A stretch of 64,000 bases of DNA. Source: Sulfurospirillum sp. UBA12182. GTDB taxonomy: Bacteria; Campylobacterota; Campylobacteria; Campylobacterales; Sulfurospirillaceae. The DNA lies in the NCBI GenBank assembly GCA_002742765.1, contig DLUF01000059.1:125-64124 (forward strand), read 5' to 3'. Shown piece after piece: positions 9,505 through 19,622 of the stretch. How positions within the stretch are numbered: position 1 is the first letter of the stretch; each line of letters starts with the position of its first letter. The notes under the pieces are model-generated. The model worked only from the letters and a program-made list of their open reading frames with translations, did not search any database and was not told the origin of the DNA. The position numbers were made by a program, and so were the translations under genes.

Positions 9505-11655
9505 TTGGAACAAGTAATTGAGCAGATAAAATCGTGTAGAACTGTTGAATGCGCGGTTGCTATGCTCAAAAGCTATGGCGACACTCATAACATTCAAAAA
9601 GCGATTGATTTTACTGTTAAAAAACATGAAGGGCAGTTAAGAAAAAGTGGTGAAGCTTACGCTATCCATCCTATTTTAGTCTCTGCTATCGTAGCGCACT
9701 TAGGTGGGGATGAAGATATGATAGTAGCTGGACTTTTGCATGATGTCATAGAAGATACTTGTTGTAATATTCATGAAGTCACAAAAGAATTTAATCCTGA
9801 AGTAGCTACTTTAGTAGAAGGTTTAACAAAAATCATGGAGATTAGAGATGTGGAATTGGTTCCATCTCACTCCAATGAAAAGATGATATCCTCAGCTCTT
9901 ACATTCCGTAAAATGCTTTTAGCCTCGATAAGCGATGTTCGAGTTTTAGTTATCAAACTTTGTGATAGATTGCACAATATGATTACCCTTCAAGCTCTCT
10001 CAGAAGCGAAACAAAAGAGAATAAGTGAAGAGACTATGGTTGTGTATGCCCCTATCGCTCATAGATTGGGTATCTCTTCTATAAAAAATCTATTAGAAGA
10101 TTATAGCTTTTTTTATCTCTTACCTGGTGAGTATAAAAAAATCGATGATTATATGAATGAGCATAAACAACAATTACAGTTAAGGTTAAACCATTTTATC
10201 TCTAAAACAAAAACTTTAATGCTCAAAGAAGGTTTTGGTGAGGGAGACTTTGAGATTGAAAAAAGGGTAAAACACTACTACTCTGTATATCTAAAAATGC
10301 AAAGAAAAGGGATTTCTATCGAAGAAGTTCTTGATCTTTTAGCTATTAGAATTATCGTGAAAAAAACGATTGATTGTTATAAAGTTTTGGGGATTTTACA
10401 TCAAAATTTTAATCCTTTGATTTCAAGATTTAAAGATTACATCGCAATACCAAAAGAAAATGGCTATCAAACTATCCATACGACAGTTTTTGATAACAAA
10501 TCAATCATCGAATCACAAATCAGAACATTTGATATGCATAAAACAGCAGAGTATGGAGTTGCTGCTCATTGGAAGTATAAATCGGGTGGATTAAATCCAA
10601 AATTAGAATGGCTAAATGATTTAAAAAGCCAAAATGATGAGATCGAAAACATCGAAGAGTTTTATGAGATAGCAAAAGACAACCTTTATAGTGAAGATAT
10701 CGCTGTTTTTTCTCCAAAGGGAGATATCTTCACACTTCCTCGTGGAGCGACAGTTTTGGATTTTGCATATGAGGTTCATACTGAGGTTGGAATATATGCC
10801 AAAGAGGCATATGTCAACAAGCAAAAAGTACCTTTATTAACTGAGCTTAAAAGTGGAGATATTATCCGTATTATCACTTCACAAGAGCCAAAATTTAGAT
10901 GTAGCTGGATAAACAGCGTTAAAACAGGAAAAGCAAGAAATGCAATAGCAAGTAATTGTAGAGCTAAAATGAAAGAGATAAATCACAAAGTGGCGATTGA
11001 TATCTTAGTTTCTGTATTTAATGTTCGTGAAGCAAAACTTTTACGATGGCTCAAAAAAGAGAATTTAGATGCAAAAGTTTATAAAGCAGCCACTGATTCG
11101 ATTTATCTACAAGATGTTGTAAATGCGCTGAAAAAGTATCCAACAAGTGATAGAGTGCTATTTCCACTGCTTAAGATTGATAGATATAAAATCAAAAAAC
11201 AAAAATTTGATAACATAGTTATCTATTCAAATCAAAATATTTCTGACGTTTTATTTGATTATTGTTGTCATCCTAAACGAGGTGATGATATCATCGGTTT
11301 TAAAAAAGGTAATGAAGTAACAGTCCATCACAAACTATGTGAAAGGGCAGCTGTGTTGATGGAACAAAAAGAGCAGATGGTTTTTGTCAAATGGACAAGA
11401 GAAGCTCCTGATCGTTACAAATTAATCGTAAGTTTGGAAAACAAAAGAGGTTCTTTAGCGGGATTTTTGTCATATTTGGCTAAAATGCAAGTAAATCTGA
11501 TAACCATAGAACTTGGAAAATCTGAAGAAGGTAATGCTGATTATTTTGAGATGATTATAGAATTACCAGATAAAGATATGAATTCTGCTAGAGAAAAATT
11601 AAGAGCAAAATATAGAGTTATAGAGTTTGTTTCTGCAAACGATGTATATAAATAA
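9505..11655 (+). CDS. spoT: Bifunctional (p)ppGpp synthetase/hydrolase
   Basis: TTG start with AGGA upstream. HD domain (HPILVS...LLHDVIEDT), RelA/SpoT synthetase core, and TGS and ACT-like C-terminal domains. Confidence 0.85.
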   Translation: MEQVIEQIKSCRTVECAVAMLKSYGDTHNIQKAIDFTVKKHEGQLRKSGEAYAIHPILVSAIVAHLGGDEDMIVAGLLHDVIEDTCCNIHEVTKEFNPEVATLVEGLTKIMEIRDVELVPSHSNEKMISSALTFRKMLLASISDVRVLVIKLCDRLHNMITLQALSEAKQKRISEETMVVYAPIAHRLGISSIKNLLEDYSFFYLLPGEYKKIDDYMNEHKQQLQLRLNHFISKTKTLMLKEGFGEGDFEIEKRVKHYYSVYLKMQRKGISIEEVLDLLAIRIIVKKTIDCYKVLGILHQNFNPLISRFKDYIAIPKENGYQTIHTTVFDNKSIIESQIRTFDMHKTAEYGVAAHWKYKSGGLNPKLEWLNDLKSQNDEIENIEEFYEIAKDNLYSEDIAVFSPKGDIFTLPRGATVLDFAYEVHTEVGIYAKEAYVNKQKVPLLTELKSGDIIRIITSQEPKFRCSWINSVKTGKARNAIASNCRAKMKEINHKVAIDILVSVFNVREAKLLRWLKKENLDAKVYKAATDSIYLQDVVNALKKYPTSDRVLFPLLKIDRYKIKKQKFDNIVIYSNQNISDVLFDYCCHPKRGDDIIGFKKGNEVTVHHKLCERAAVLMEQKEQMVFVKWTREAPDRYKLIVSLENKRGSLAGFLSYLAKMQVNLITIELGKSEEGNADYFEMIIELPDKDMNSAREKLRAKYRVIEFVSANDVYK

Positions 11656-12865
11656 GGACGAAGAATTGGTAAAAGAAGCATTAAGAGAATTAGAAAGAGG
11701 CGTTGCTGAGATAATTGATAAAGAACGGATTGAAACTCTTTTTAAAAACTATTTTGAAAAAGGTGAAAACTTTTATGTAAAAGCTGGATTTGATCCAACT
11801 GCTCCAGATTTGCATTTAGGTCATACTGTTTTATTACAAAAGATGGCTACTTTACAAAAGTATGGAGCAATTGTACAGTTTCTCATAGGTGATTTTACGG
11901 GAATGATAGGGGATCCTACTGGTAAGAATGAGACGAGAAAAAAACTAGATAGGCAAACCGTTTTAAAAAATGCTCAAAGCTATAAAGACCAAGTTTTCAA
12001 GATTTTAGATCCTAACAAAACAGTTGTGATGTTTAACTCTGAGTGGTTAGAAAAACTAGGTGCTGCTGGAATGGTCGAGTTGACAACAACCTTTAGTGTG
12101 GCTCGTATGTTAGAGCGTGAAGATTTTGAAAAAAGATACAAATCCCAAACTCCTATCTCTATCAGTGAGTTTTTATATCCTCTTTTACAAGGTTATGATA
12201 GTGTAGCGATGAAATGTGATATAGAGATGGGTGGAACTGACCAAAAATTCAATCTCTTGATGGGAAGACAACTGCAAAGAGTTTATAATGTAGGAAAAGA
12301 ACAAGCCGTTGTGATGATGCCACTTCTTGAAGGACTTGATGGTGTCAACAAAATGAGTAAATCTTTGGGAAATTATATAGGTGTCACAGATGAGCCATCA
12401 GATATGTTTGGGAAAATGCTTAGTATCTCTGATGAACTTATGTGGAGATATTATGAACTTTTAAGTACAAAAAGTTTAGAAGAGATAGCTACTTTAAAAG
12501 AAAAAGTTTCCAAAGGAGAGCTTCATCCAAAAGTAGTAAAAGAGGATTTAGCGCAAGAGATAGTTGCAAGATATTATGACCAAAGTGTTGCTAAAAGTGC
12601 AAGAGAAGAGTTTAACAACGTTCATAAAAACAATGAATTACCTTCTAATATAGATGAATTTGAAATCTCTGGAGCTGTTTGGGTTGCGAAAGCTCTTGTT
12701 GATTGTGGTTTAGAAGAATCAACTTCACAAGCAAGACGTGATATAAAACAAGGTGCCGTTAAGTTAAATCAAGAAAAAGTTGAGAATGAACAATTACAAT
12801 TAGAACAAGGTGATTACATACTTCAAGTTGGAAAAAGAAAGTTTGCAAAATTAAAGGTTGTATAA
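11642..12865 (+). CDS. tyrS: Tyrosine--tRNA ligase
   Basis: HLGH and KMSKS motifs and a C-terminal S4 domain. The start is ambiguous: ATG 11642 (chosen) or TTG 11627, both overlapping the spoT end. Confidence 0.85.
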   Translation: MYINKDEELVKEALRELERGVAEIIDKERIETLFKNYFEKGENFYVKAGFDPTAPDLHLGHTVLLQKMATLQKYGAIVQFLIGDFTGMIGDPTGKNETRKKLDRQTVLKNAQSYKDQVFKILDPNKTVVMFNSEWLEKLGAAGMVELTTTFSVARMLEREDFEKRYKSQTPISISEFLYPLLQGYDSVAMKCDIEMGGTDQKFNLLMGRQLQRVYNVGKEQAVVMMPLLEGLDGVNKMSKSLGNYIGVTDEPSDMFGKMLSISDELMWRYYELLSTKSLEEIATLKEKVSKGELHPKVVKEDLAQEIVARYYDQSVAKSAREEFNNVHKNNELPSNIDEFEISGAVWVAKALVDCGLEESTSQARRDIKQGAVKLNQEKVENEQLQLEQGDYILQVGKRKFAKLKVV

Positions 12866-13962
12866 TGGCATATGAAGCACTCAAAATAGGGAAATATACG
12901 ATTGAGATTCCTATTGTTCAAGGCGGAATGGGACTTGGGATTAGCTGGTCTAATCTGGCAGGAAGTGTAAGTAAAGAGGGTGCTTTAGGTGTTTTAAGTG
13001 CTGTTGGAACAGGGTATTATCAAAATAGTAAATATAGTAAAAAAGATATCAATACCCGTCCTTTTGATACCCAAAATTTCTACTCGAGTGATGCTTTTCA
13101 CGCATTAGTGAAAGATACGAGAAAGATTTGTGGGGATAAACCAATAGCTGTTAATATCTTATATGCTATTAATGATTATGAAAAAGTTATCAAAGATGCG
13201 TGTGAAGCAGGAGTGAACATCATCATCACAGGTGCTGGTTTACCTACAAATATGCCAGAATTTACTGCTGATTTTCCAGATATCGCACTTGTTCCTATCG
13301 TCTCTTCAGCAAAAGCTTTAAAAATCATCTGTAAACGATGGAAACAACGCTATGACAGACTACCTGATGCTGTTATCGTTGAAGGGCCAAAGAGTGGAGG
13401 TCATCAGGGATTTACCTATGAGCAGTGTTTTAAAGAGGAGTATCAACTTGAAAATCTGATTGCTCCTATAAAAGAAGAGATAAAACTCTGGGGCGATTTT
13501 CCTCTCATAGCTGCTGGAGGAGTTTGGGATAAGAATGATATAGAGAAGATGTTTGAACTTGGCGCAAACGGTGTTCAGATGGGAACAAGGTTTATAGGAA
13601 CACATGAGTGTGATGCAAGTGAAGAGTTTAAGCAAGTGCTTCTTGATTCAAAAGAAGAGGATATAAAACTGTTTAAATCACCAGTAGGTTATCCAGCTCG
13701 TGGAGTTAGAACAGAGTTGATTGCATTGGTTGAGAAAAAAGAGGGGCCTGCTATCCGCTGTATTAGTAACTGTGTAGCTCCTTGTCACAGAGGTCAAGAA
13801 GCAAAGGCTGTTGGATATTGTATCGCTGATAGATTAGCAGATGCTTATCATGGGAAACGAGAAACTGGACTCTTTTTCACAGGTTCAAACGGTTATAAAC
13901 TGCAAGAGATTATTAGTGTAAAGGAATTACTCAATAAGTTGGTTAATGGCGAAGATAGCTAG
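12865..13962 (+). CDS. Nitronate monooxygenase / FabK-like FMN oxidoreductase
   Basis: TIM-barrel FMN oxidoreductase pattern (PIVQGGMG..., ...VEGPKSGGH..., ...AAGGVWD...GANGVQMGTRF). Confidence 0.7.
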   Translation: MAYEALKIGKYTIEIPIVQGGMGLGISWSNLAGSVSKEGALGVLSAVGTGYYQNSKYSKKDINTRPFDTQNFYSSDAFHALVKDTRKICGDKPIAVNILYAINDYEKVIKDACEAGVNIIITGAGLPTNMPEFTADFPDIALVPIVSSAKALKIICKRWKQRYDRLPDAVIVEGPKSGGHQGFTYEQCFKEEYQLENLIAPIKEEIKLWGDFPLIAAGGVWDKNDIEKMFELGANGVQMGTRFIGTHECDASEEFKQVLLDSKEEDIKLFKSPVGYPARGVRTELIALVEKKEGPAIRCISNCVAPCHRGQEAKAVGYCIADRLADAYHGKRETGLFFTGSNGYKLQEIISVKELLNKLVNGEDS

Positions 13963-15397
13963 AGAAATATTTTTACTATTTTTTACATGTAGCCTTCTTT
14001 TTGGGTCTACTGATTATCTAAAAGAGTTACAAGAGTATGATAAGGCGATTGTGACTGCAAACCAAGATGAACTTTTGCGGGTACATCATAGTCTTAAAAG
14101 TATCTATATCCATTCGATAGTAACACACGATGATGTTCTTAAAAAAGAGGTTTTACAAAGGCTTGTTCAAAGCTCCAAAGAGTTAAATTTTGACAAAGAA
14201 CATTATGAAAAAGAGTTAGAAACCCTTTTAAAAGTAGAAAAAAAATCTCCTATCCCTAAAAAAGAGCAAAAAAAAGAAGAGAGAACTCTAGTCCCTAAAG
14301 AAGAAAAAACAGAGCCTATAAAAAAGGTGCAAAACTCCTCTTCTAGTACCTCAAATCTTTTGCAGCATCTTCTTTTAAAAGAGGATATGCTCTATTTAGA
14401 ATTTGATAAAGCACTAGAAACAAAAGAGATAAAATACTTTGTTTTAAAATCAAAAACAAGCCTCAAAGAAGTTTATGATATCAAAGGGCAGTTACCCAGA
14501 AAATATGACTTTAAAGCTCCTAATGGTTTAAAAAAGCTAAGGCTTGCTCAATTTGATAAAGATACCATAAGAGTTGTTTTAGAGAGAGAAAACCCTCTGG
14601 AAAAGTCCTCCAAAAAAATTTCAGATAAGCAGATTAGGATATATTTTAATGCTTCAAAAGAGGAGAAAAAAGTATCTGATGATGTGGTGAAACCAAAACT
14701 TTATACACAAATTAAATCACAAAAAACCATCGTGATTGATGCTGGACATGGGGGGAAAGATGGTGGTGCGGTTGGTTATAAGGGGAAAATAGAAAAAGTC
14801 GCTGTTTTATCTATCGCTTTAGCTACTGGGAAAGAGTTGAAAAAAAGAGGTTATAAGGTTTATTATACAAGAGCAAAAGATATCTTTATCCAGCTTAGAG
14901 ATAGAACAAAATTTGCAAATGATAAAGATGCTGATATCTTTCTCTCTATACATGCAAACGCAGCAGCTCAAAAAAGTCAGTATCTCTCGCATAAAGGTTT
15001 AGAGACTTACTTCTTATCTCCAGCTAGATCCCAAAGATCAAAAAATATAGCCGCATTAGAAAATAAATCAGATATCGCTGAGATGGATTATTTCTCTAAA
15101 CAGACCTTTTTAAATGTCTTTAATCGAGAGAAGATAATCGCGGCAAATAAACTAGCACTAGACGTACAACAAGGAATGCTCAATTCTCTTAGAAAAAGTT
15201 ACAAAGTTACTGATGGGGGAGTAAGAGAAGCACCATTTTGGGTTTTAGTAGGAGCGCAAATGCCCTCAATCCTCATAGAAGTAGGCTACATTACAAACCC
15301 AACAGAAGCTATGCGTATGTTTAATGTCAATTTTCAGCATAAAATTGCTAACGGGATTGCAGATGGGATTGATAGCTATTTCTTAAAAAATAACTAA
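13946..15397 (+). CDS. amiA: N-acetylmuramoyl-L-alanine amidase
   Basis: Signal peptide, K/E-rich linker and a C-terminal Amidase_3 block (IVIDAGHGGKDGGA...FLSIHANA...EVGYITN). Confidence 0.75.
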   Translation: MAKIAREIFLLFFTCSLLFGSTDYLKELQEYDKAIVTANQDELLRVHHSLKSIYIHSIVTHDDVLKKEVLQRLVQSSKELNFDKEHYEKELETLLKVEKKSPIPKKEQKKEERTLVPKEEKTEPIKKVQNSSSSTSNLLQHLLLKEDMLYLEFDKALETKEIKYFVLKSKTSLKEVYDIKGQLPRKYDFKAPNGLKKLRLAQFDKDTIRVVLERENPLEKSSKKISDKQIRIYFNASKEEKKVSDDVVKPKLYTQIKSQKTIVIDAGHGGKDGGAVGYKGKIEKVAVLSIALATGKELKKRGYKVYYTRAKDIFIQLRDRTKFANDKDADIFLSIHANAAAQKSQYLSHKGLETYFLSPARSQRSKNIAALENKSDIAEMDYFSKQTFLNVFNREKIIAANKLALDVQQGMLNSLRKSYKVTDGGVREAPFWVLVGAQMPSILIEVGYITNPTEAMRMFNVNFQHKIANGIADGIDSYFLKNN

Positions 15398-16129
15398 TTA
15401 TAAACTCTTATAATCAAACCCTTTTTGCTTTACATGTAAAAGAAACTCTTTATAACAAAAATCGAGCAAATCTTTATCATAAGAAGCAAGATATATCTCA
15501 ACTTGTCGTTTTCCCTCTACTATCTTTGGCAAGGAAGAAAGCTCTATTGTTTGAGGTATAGTTCTCATGATATCTATAAGGTCACTCTCTCCTGTATAAA
15601 CGATGAAGTTATAAGCATAAGGTTTGATTTTTGTTTCAAAAAGATTATCTAATGCCCAAGTAACCATAGGCCAAGCCATAGAGGGAAATCCTGGGGTAAA
15701 GAAATATCTATTTTCAAGATAAAATCCAGGGACATTATTTACCACGTTGTGTAGGAGTTTGGCATCCTCTGGAAGCATAGCCATGTTTATACGATGTGGA
15801 TAAGCCTCGGCTCCAAACTGTTTTTCGATGAGCTCTTTTGCCTTTACATGTAAAGATAAAGGTTTACATGTAAAGACTTTTGCAGCAATTTCACGAGTCA
15901 AATCATCAGGAGTTGCACCAATACCTCCAAAACTGAACATCACAGAATCACAATCATGTTTAATAAACTCAAAAGTTTGCTCTATCAAGTTAGGCTTATC
16001 TTTTATGACAAAATTTCCTTGATGATTAAGACCTCTTTTTGTGAGCTCTTCGTTTAAAAAATTAAAATGCTTATCAACACGCCTGCCGTTGAGTAACTCT
16101 GTTCCTATAATAACACTATAAAAATTCAT
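15398..16129 (-). CDS. CinA-like / MoCF-binding domain protein
   Basis: N-terminus MNFYSVIIGTELLNGRRVDKH... and FGGIGATPDDLT are typical of the CinA N-terminal molybdopterin-binding fold. Its stop abuts the amiA stop. Confidence 0.6.
   Translation of the reverse strand: MNFYSVIIGTELLNGRRVDKHFNFLNEELTKRGLNHQGNFVIKDKPNLIEQTFEFIKHDCDSVMFSFGGIGATPDDLTREIAAKVFTCKPLSLHVKAKELIEKQFGAEAYPHRINMAMLPEDAKLLHNVVNNVPGFYLENRYFFTPGFPSMAWPMVTWALDNLFETKIKPYAYNFIVYTGESDLIDIMRTIPQTIELSSLPKIVEGKRQVEIYLASYDKDLLDFCYKEFLLHVKQKGFDYKSL
15429..15440. repeat. Iterated palindrome copy (perfect)
   Basis: In the cinA-like CDS, read as LHVK. Confidence 0.95.
15843..15874. repeat. Two perfect palindrome copies 20 bp apart
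   Basis: TTTACATGTAAA at 15843-15854 and 15863-15874, inside the cinA-like CDS (peptide VFTCKPLSLHVK). Confidence 0.95.
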
Positions 16130-16173
16130 TTAAAACCTTTAAAAGATACCTTTAAATGAAAAATTATACCCTA

Positions 16174-16485
16174 TTATGGGATGATTACCATATAGGTGTG
16201 TTCAGGGATTTGTCTTAGATAAAAGATCATTTTGGAAGGTTTTTTAGATACTTTGACTTTGGTGTAATCTTTCATAAAAGGAAATTTAGCGCTCAGTAAA
16301 ATAGTCTCTTTTTCATCTAACAGATGAAAATCATGCAAACCACATTTGTTGCGACTGTTACTTTGACATAAGATTTTAGCTGTTTGTGTAGCTGCATCAT
16401 ATTGGACTTGTAAGTCGATAGTATAGCTTACAGGATGGGCTAAAAGGATAGAGAAGGTAAGTAAAAAAAGGGTGATTTTTTTCAT
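16174..16485 (-). CDS. Small secreted protein, unknown function
   Basis: ATG 16483-16485 overlaps the upstream TGA (ATGA), with AGGAG 7 nt upstream. Signal peptide MKKITLFLLTFSILLA, then mature N-terminus HPVSY. Confidence 0.55.
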   Translation of the reverse strand: MKKITLFLLTFSILLAHPVSYTIDLQVQYDAATQTAKILCQSNSRNKCGLHDFHLLDEKETILLSAKFPFMKDYTKVKVSKKPSKMIFYLRQIPEHTYMVIIP

Positions 16486-16961
16486 TTGGTAACTCCTATA
16501 CAAAAATCGTATTGACTCTTTTGGATATCAGCTTCATAGATGCTCTCAAATTTTTCTAGCGTATATGCCATATATAAAGTCGCATCGATAGTACAAAATA
16601 CAGCTTGAATTTTAAAATCAAGTGAAGACTCAAACTCTAAGATTATCTCTTTGTTTTGATAAGATACTTTTGTATTTTTAGGTTGTATACTTAGTTCTTC
16701 TTCATCACTTTGCAAAAAGAGATTATAATTGTTCGTTTTTAAAGGGTAAAAATGAGTTTGCAAAAACCTCTCTTGCTCCTTTTTATCTAGGATTTTGTTT
16801 TTATCTGTATCAAATTCAAAAAGCAGCAGTTTTGAATTTAGCTTATCAAATCTCCACTGGCTTAAAACTCTATTTTTTTCTATTTTTAGGTTAGAGTTTA
16901 TAAAAAAGTGCGGGTGAGCATAGAGGCCAGGTGCTAAAAAGAGGAGGAAAATATATCTCAT
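16482..16961 (-). CDS. Periplasmic DUF1007-like partner of NicO metal permease
   Basis: Signal peptide ...APGLYA, then HPHFF. Size and 4-nt coupling to a NicO-type permease fit the DUF1007/NicO pair (family name from memory). Confidence 0.55.
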   Translation of the reverse strand: MRYIFLLFLAPGLYAHPHFFINSNLKIEKNRVLSQWRFDKLNSKLLLFEFDTDKNKILDKKEQERFLQTHFYPLKTNNYNLFLQSDEEELSIQPKNTKVSYQNKEIILEFESSLDFKIQAVFCTIDATLYMAYTLEKFESIYEADIQKSQYDFCIGVTK

Positions 16962-17698
16962 AAGAGGATGAAAACTCCAAGAGATAACAAAAGAAAAATA
17001 CCTATAAAACTAAGTACATGTAAAGATTTTCGATACCTAGAGTGAAGGCTGGTTTTTTTTACTTTTGTTGCTATGATAGCAGCTAATGACATCGTGATTC
17101 CCATACCTAAACTCATAGATATCGCACTCAAAATCCCCAAAGTATAATAGCCCAAAATCATAGCAAACAAAACGATGCTCATAACCCCTGGGCAAGGGAC
17201 GATACCGATAGAAAAAGCGATTTTCAAGATATTTGTATCATAGCCTTTTTTGCTTGGAAATGTTTCTGTCTCGTTTTTGTGTTTGAGGGTTTCAAAGAGC
17301 AAGAAAAGAGCTACAAAGATGATAAAAATAGCCGAGAGCTTGTACATGTTTTGGTTGATAGTTTGAAAATAGTGGGTAATAGAGTTTTGAAAAAAGAAAA
17401 ATAAAATCATAGTGATAAACAAAGCAGAAAATGCGTGGATAGCCGCAGTTAAAAAAGCAGCATTAAGAGCATCTTTTATATGAGAGCCTCTTGCTAGAAA
17501 GTAACTTGCTATGACCATTTTCCCATGCCCTGGTCCCAATGCATGAACTAAGCCATAGATAAAAGCTACAAGGATGATGTACAAAAACATCCCTCCCTCG
17601 CCAGCTTCTAGTTCATCAAAAGCATTAGAGATAACCAAGTTTATCTCTTGTTGCCAAGAGATAATGAGGCTCAAAAACCAGTGGTGAAGTTCACTCAT
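16958..17698 (-). CDS. NicO/RcnA-type nickel/cobalt (metal) transporter permease
   Basis: Polytopic membrane protein with the HALGPGHGK motif. 4-nt overlaps on both sides. Confidence 0.7.
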   Translation of the reverse strand: MSELHHWFLSLIISWQQEINLVISNAFDELEAGEGGMFLYIILVAFIYGLVHALGPGHGKMVIASYFLARGSHIKDALNAAFLTAAIHAFSALFITMILFFFFQNSITHYFQTINQNMYKLSAIFIIFVALFLLFETLKHKNETETFPSKKGYDTNILKIAFSIGIVPCPGVMSIVLFAMILGYYTLGILSAISMSLGMGITMSLAAIIATKVKKTSLHSRYRKSLHVLSFIGIFLLLSLGVFILL

Positions 17699-19443
17699 TT
17701 TGGTATCTTTTCAAGTTGGGTCATTTGCCCATCATAAACGCTTTTGTGAACATTTTGCACAGGTTTTATATGGGCATCTCTTCCATAGATATAGCTTTGT
17801 TCATCTACGATAACTTTATAAGCTTTATTAAGGTTGAGTGCTCTTTTAGGAGAGGGTAAAAGCAGATAAGAGATATCATTTTTTAGTTTTTCTAGGGCAT
17901 CACTTTTGAGTTTCCAGTGTTGTTTGAGTACAACATCAGGATTTTCAAGTTTTGCTAAAAGGTCTTTTTGGATATTTTTTTCATCTTCTTCCCAACCTTT
18001 AACAAAGAATTTTTCCATTACTTCTTCATTATCCCTAAACTCATCTCCTGCATTATTGTTTTTAAGGTACCTCTCATACTCTCCCTCACCATTTGGCAAG
18101 AGTAAATCAGCTATGTTTTCAAAGCCTTTTTCACTCCAATGGTACCAGCCATCTTTATGCGTACCTTTTTCAAACTTGCGAGGAAATACAAAGGTACTAT
18201 CCGCAAGTGCTCCCAAGTTGCTATGGCAACCCATACAAAAGAGTGTCTCTTCAAAACTCTGTGGTCTTAGTTCTCCTTGTTTATCTTCGATAAATCCTTG
18301 ATAGTACCAGCCTAATTTATTATTTAGTCCTTTTTCGATGTCTCCTATGTATTTGTCCACATTATCAGGAGATTCTGCTTTTTCTTTTATCTCTTCCATC
18401 CCTGCGTTTGAGAGTTGGAAGTAGGTGTACCAAAACTCTTTTTTCCCATAACGCAACTCTTTCATCCTAGGGGCAAGGGCTATGTTGTTATTTGCATCTA
18501 AGTTTATGTACCTTACTGAGTGCAAAAACTCTGTATGCAAAGGATAAAGACCAGGAGCGATTAGGTACTCATTTGTTTTTAAAAGCTCTTTAGCTTTTCC
18601 AACATAGCTCATAGAAAAGTTTTCAAGTTTTAGTGTATCGGTGTTGTATGTTGGGATTTTCCAGTGGAAAACTATTTCATTTGCAACATCGAGTTTTCCA
18701 TTTTGATTCAAATCAACTCCGTATTTACGCTCATCAATAGCAGAGGTTTTGAGGGTTTTTTGCTTGATGAGTGATTCTACTATAAGAAGATTGATTTTAT
18801 AGACTTCTTTGTCAAACTTTCCATTTTCATCTTGTTGGAAAGGTTTGGCTAAACGTATCAATACGTCATCTGTACTACCGTTTGTTGGCCAAAAAGTCCC
18901 CAAAAATGGATAGTAGGCAAAAGCCCTCCACCCTGTGTAAGAACCATCTGGTTTTTTATCAAAGCCCTCTTCATCAAAGTGAAAGTAACAATCAGGCACA
19001 TATCCATCCCATCTACCATTGTTGTTAAAATCCCACTCTTTTGGAAGATTATTTAGTTTCTTTTGCAAAATGATATCCCCATCTTGCATGTAGTTATTTT
19101 GCCTTACATAAGAGAGTATTTGGGCATCGCTGATAGAAGAGACTTGTTTGGTTCTATCTAAAAAAAGATTTGTCCAAGGATTTTTAAATGCGGGAGAAGG
19201 AAAATCATAGGCTAATTGCATATCATCATCATAGAGGGTATAGTTGGGTGGAGTGTTTTGTATGTGACAACTAAAACAGGGATTGTGTAAGATATTTTTA
19301 TTGTTTTCATCTTCTGTTTTTGTATAACATTGGCTTGTTATATAGGCGGTTGGATTGTAAAGTTTTGTATTTTTCAAGTCCACTTCATGCCCAAAAAGAG
19401 CTTTACATGTAAAGATAAAAATCAGTGTAGCTTTGTAGTTCAT
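17695..19443 (-). CDS. Secreted di-haem c-type cytochrome, unknown function
   Basis: Signal peptide. Two CxxCH motifs: CFSCH at nt 19264-19278 and CMGCH at nt 18223-18237, about 345 aa apart. No other domain recognised. Confidence 0.65.
   Translation of the reverse strand: MNYKATLIFIFTCKALFGHEVDLKNTKLYNPTAYITSQCYTKTEDENNKNILHNPCFSCHIQNTPPNYTLYDDDMQLAYDFPSPAFKNPWTNLFLDRTKQVSSISDAQILSYVRQNNYMQDGDIILQKKLNNLPKEWDFNNNGRWDGYVPDCYFHFDEEGFDKKPDGSYTGWRAFAYYPFLGTFWPTNGSTDDVLIRLAKPFQQDENGKFDKEVYKINLLIVESLIKQKTLKTSAIDERKYGVDLNQNGKLDVANEIVFHWKIPTYNTDTLKLENFSMSYVGKAKELLKTNEYLIAPGLYPLHTEFLHSVRYINLDANNNIALAPRMKELRYGKKEFWYTYFQLSNAGMEEIKEKAESPDNVDKYIGDIEKGLNNKLGWYYQGFIEDKQGELRPQSFEETLFCMGCHSNLGALADSTFVFPRKFEKGTHKDGWYHWSEKGFENIADLLLPNGEGEYERYLKNNNAGDEFRDNEEVMEKFFVKGWEEDEKNIQKDLLAKLENPDVVLKQHWKLKSDALEKLKNDISYLLLPSPKRALNLNKAYKVIVDEQSYIYGRDAHIKPVQNVHKSVYDGQMTQLEKIPK
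19402..19413. repeat. Iterated palindrome copy (perfect)
   Basis: 14-mer CTTTACATGTAAAG at 19401-19414, in the signal peptide of the di-haem cytochrome (FTCK). Confidence 0.95.
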
Positions 19444-19622
19444 TTTCTCTCCTAAAGTTATAACTTATAGATTTGTGATATATTTATAAGGTAGTTAAAA
19501 GAGCCATTGTAGCTCTTAAATATTACGGATTGATAACATTTATTATGTGACAAAAAAGTAATAATTTTGTAATAAATTCTTTCTATGCTTTCTCTTTCAA
19601 TACTTCAAAAAAGGAAAGCAAA

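Noticed and set aside
19532-19546. Fur/Zur-like box (GATAACATTTATTAT) in the divergent region between the cytochrome operon and the phoX-like gene
   Set aside because: It is only a partial match to GATAAT-type hexamer arrays in very AT-rich DNA, and indistinguishable from background by eye.
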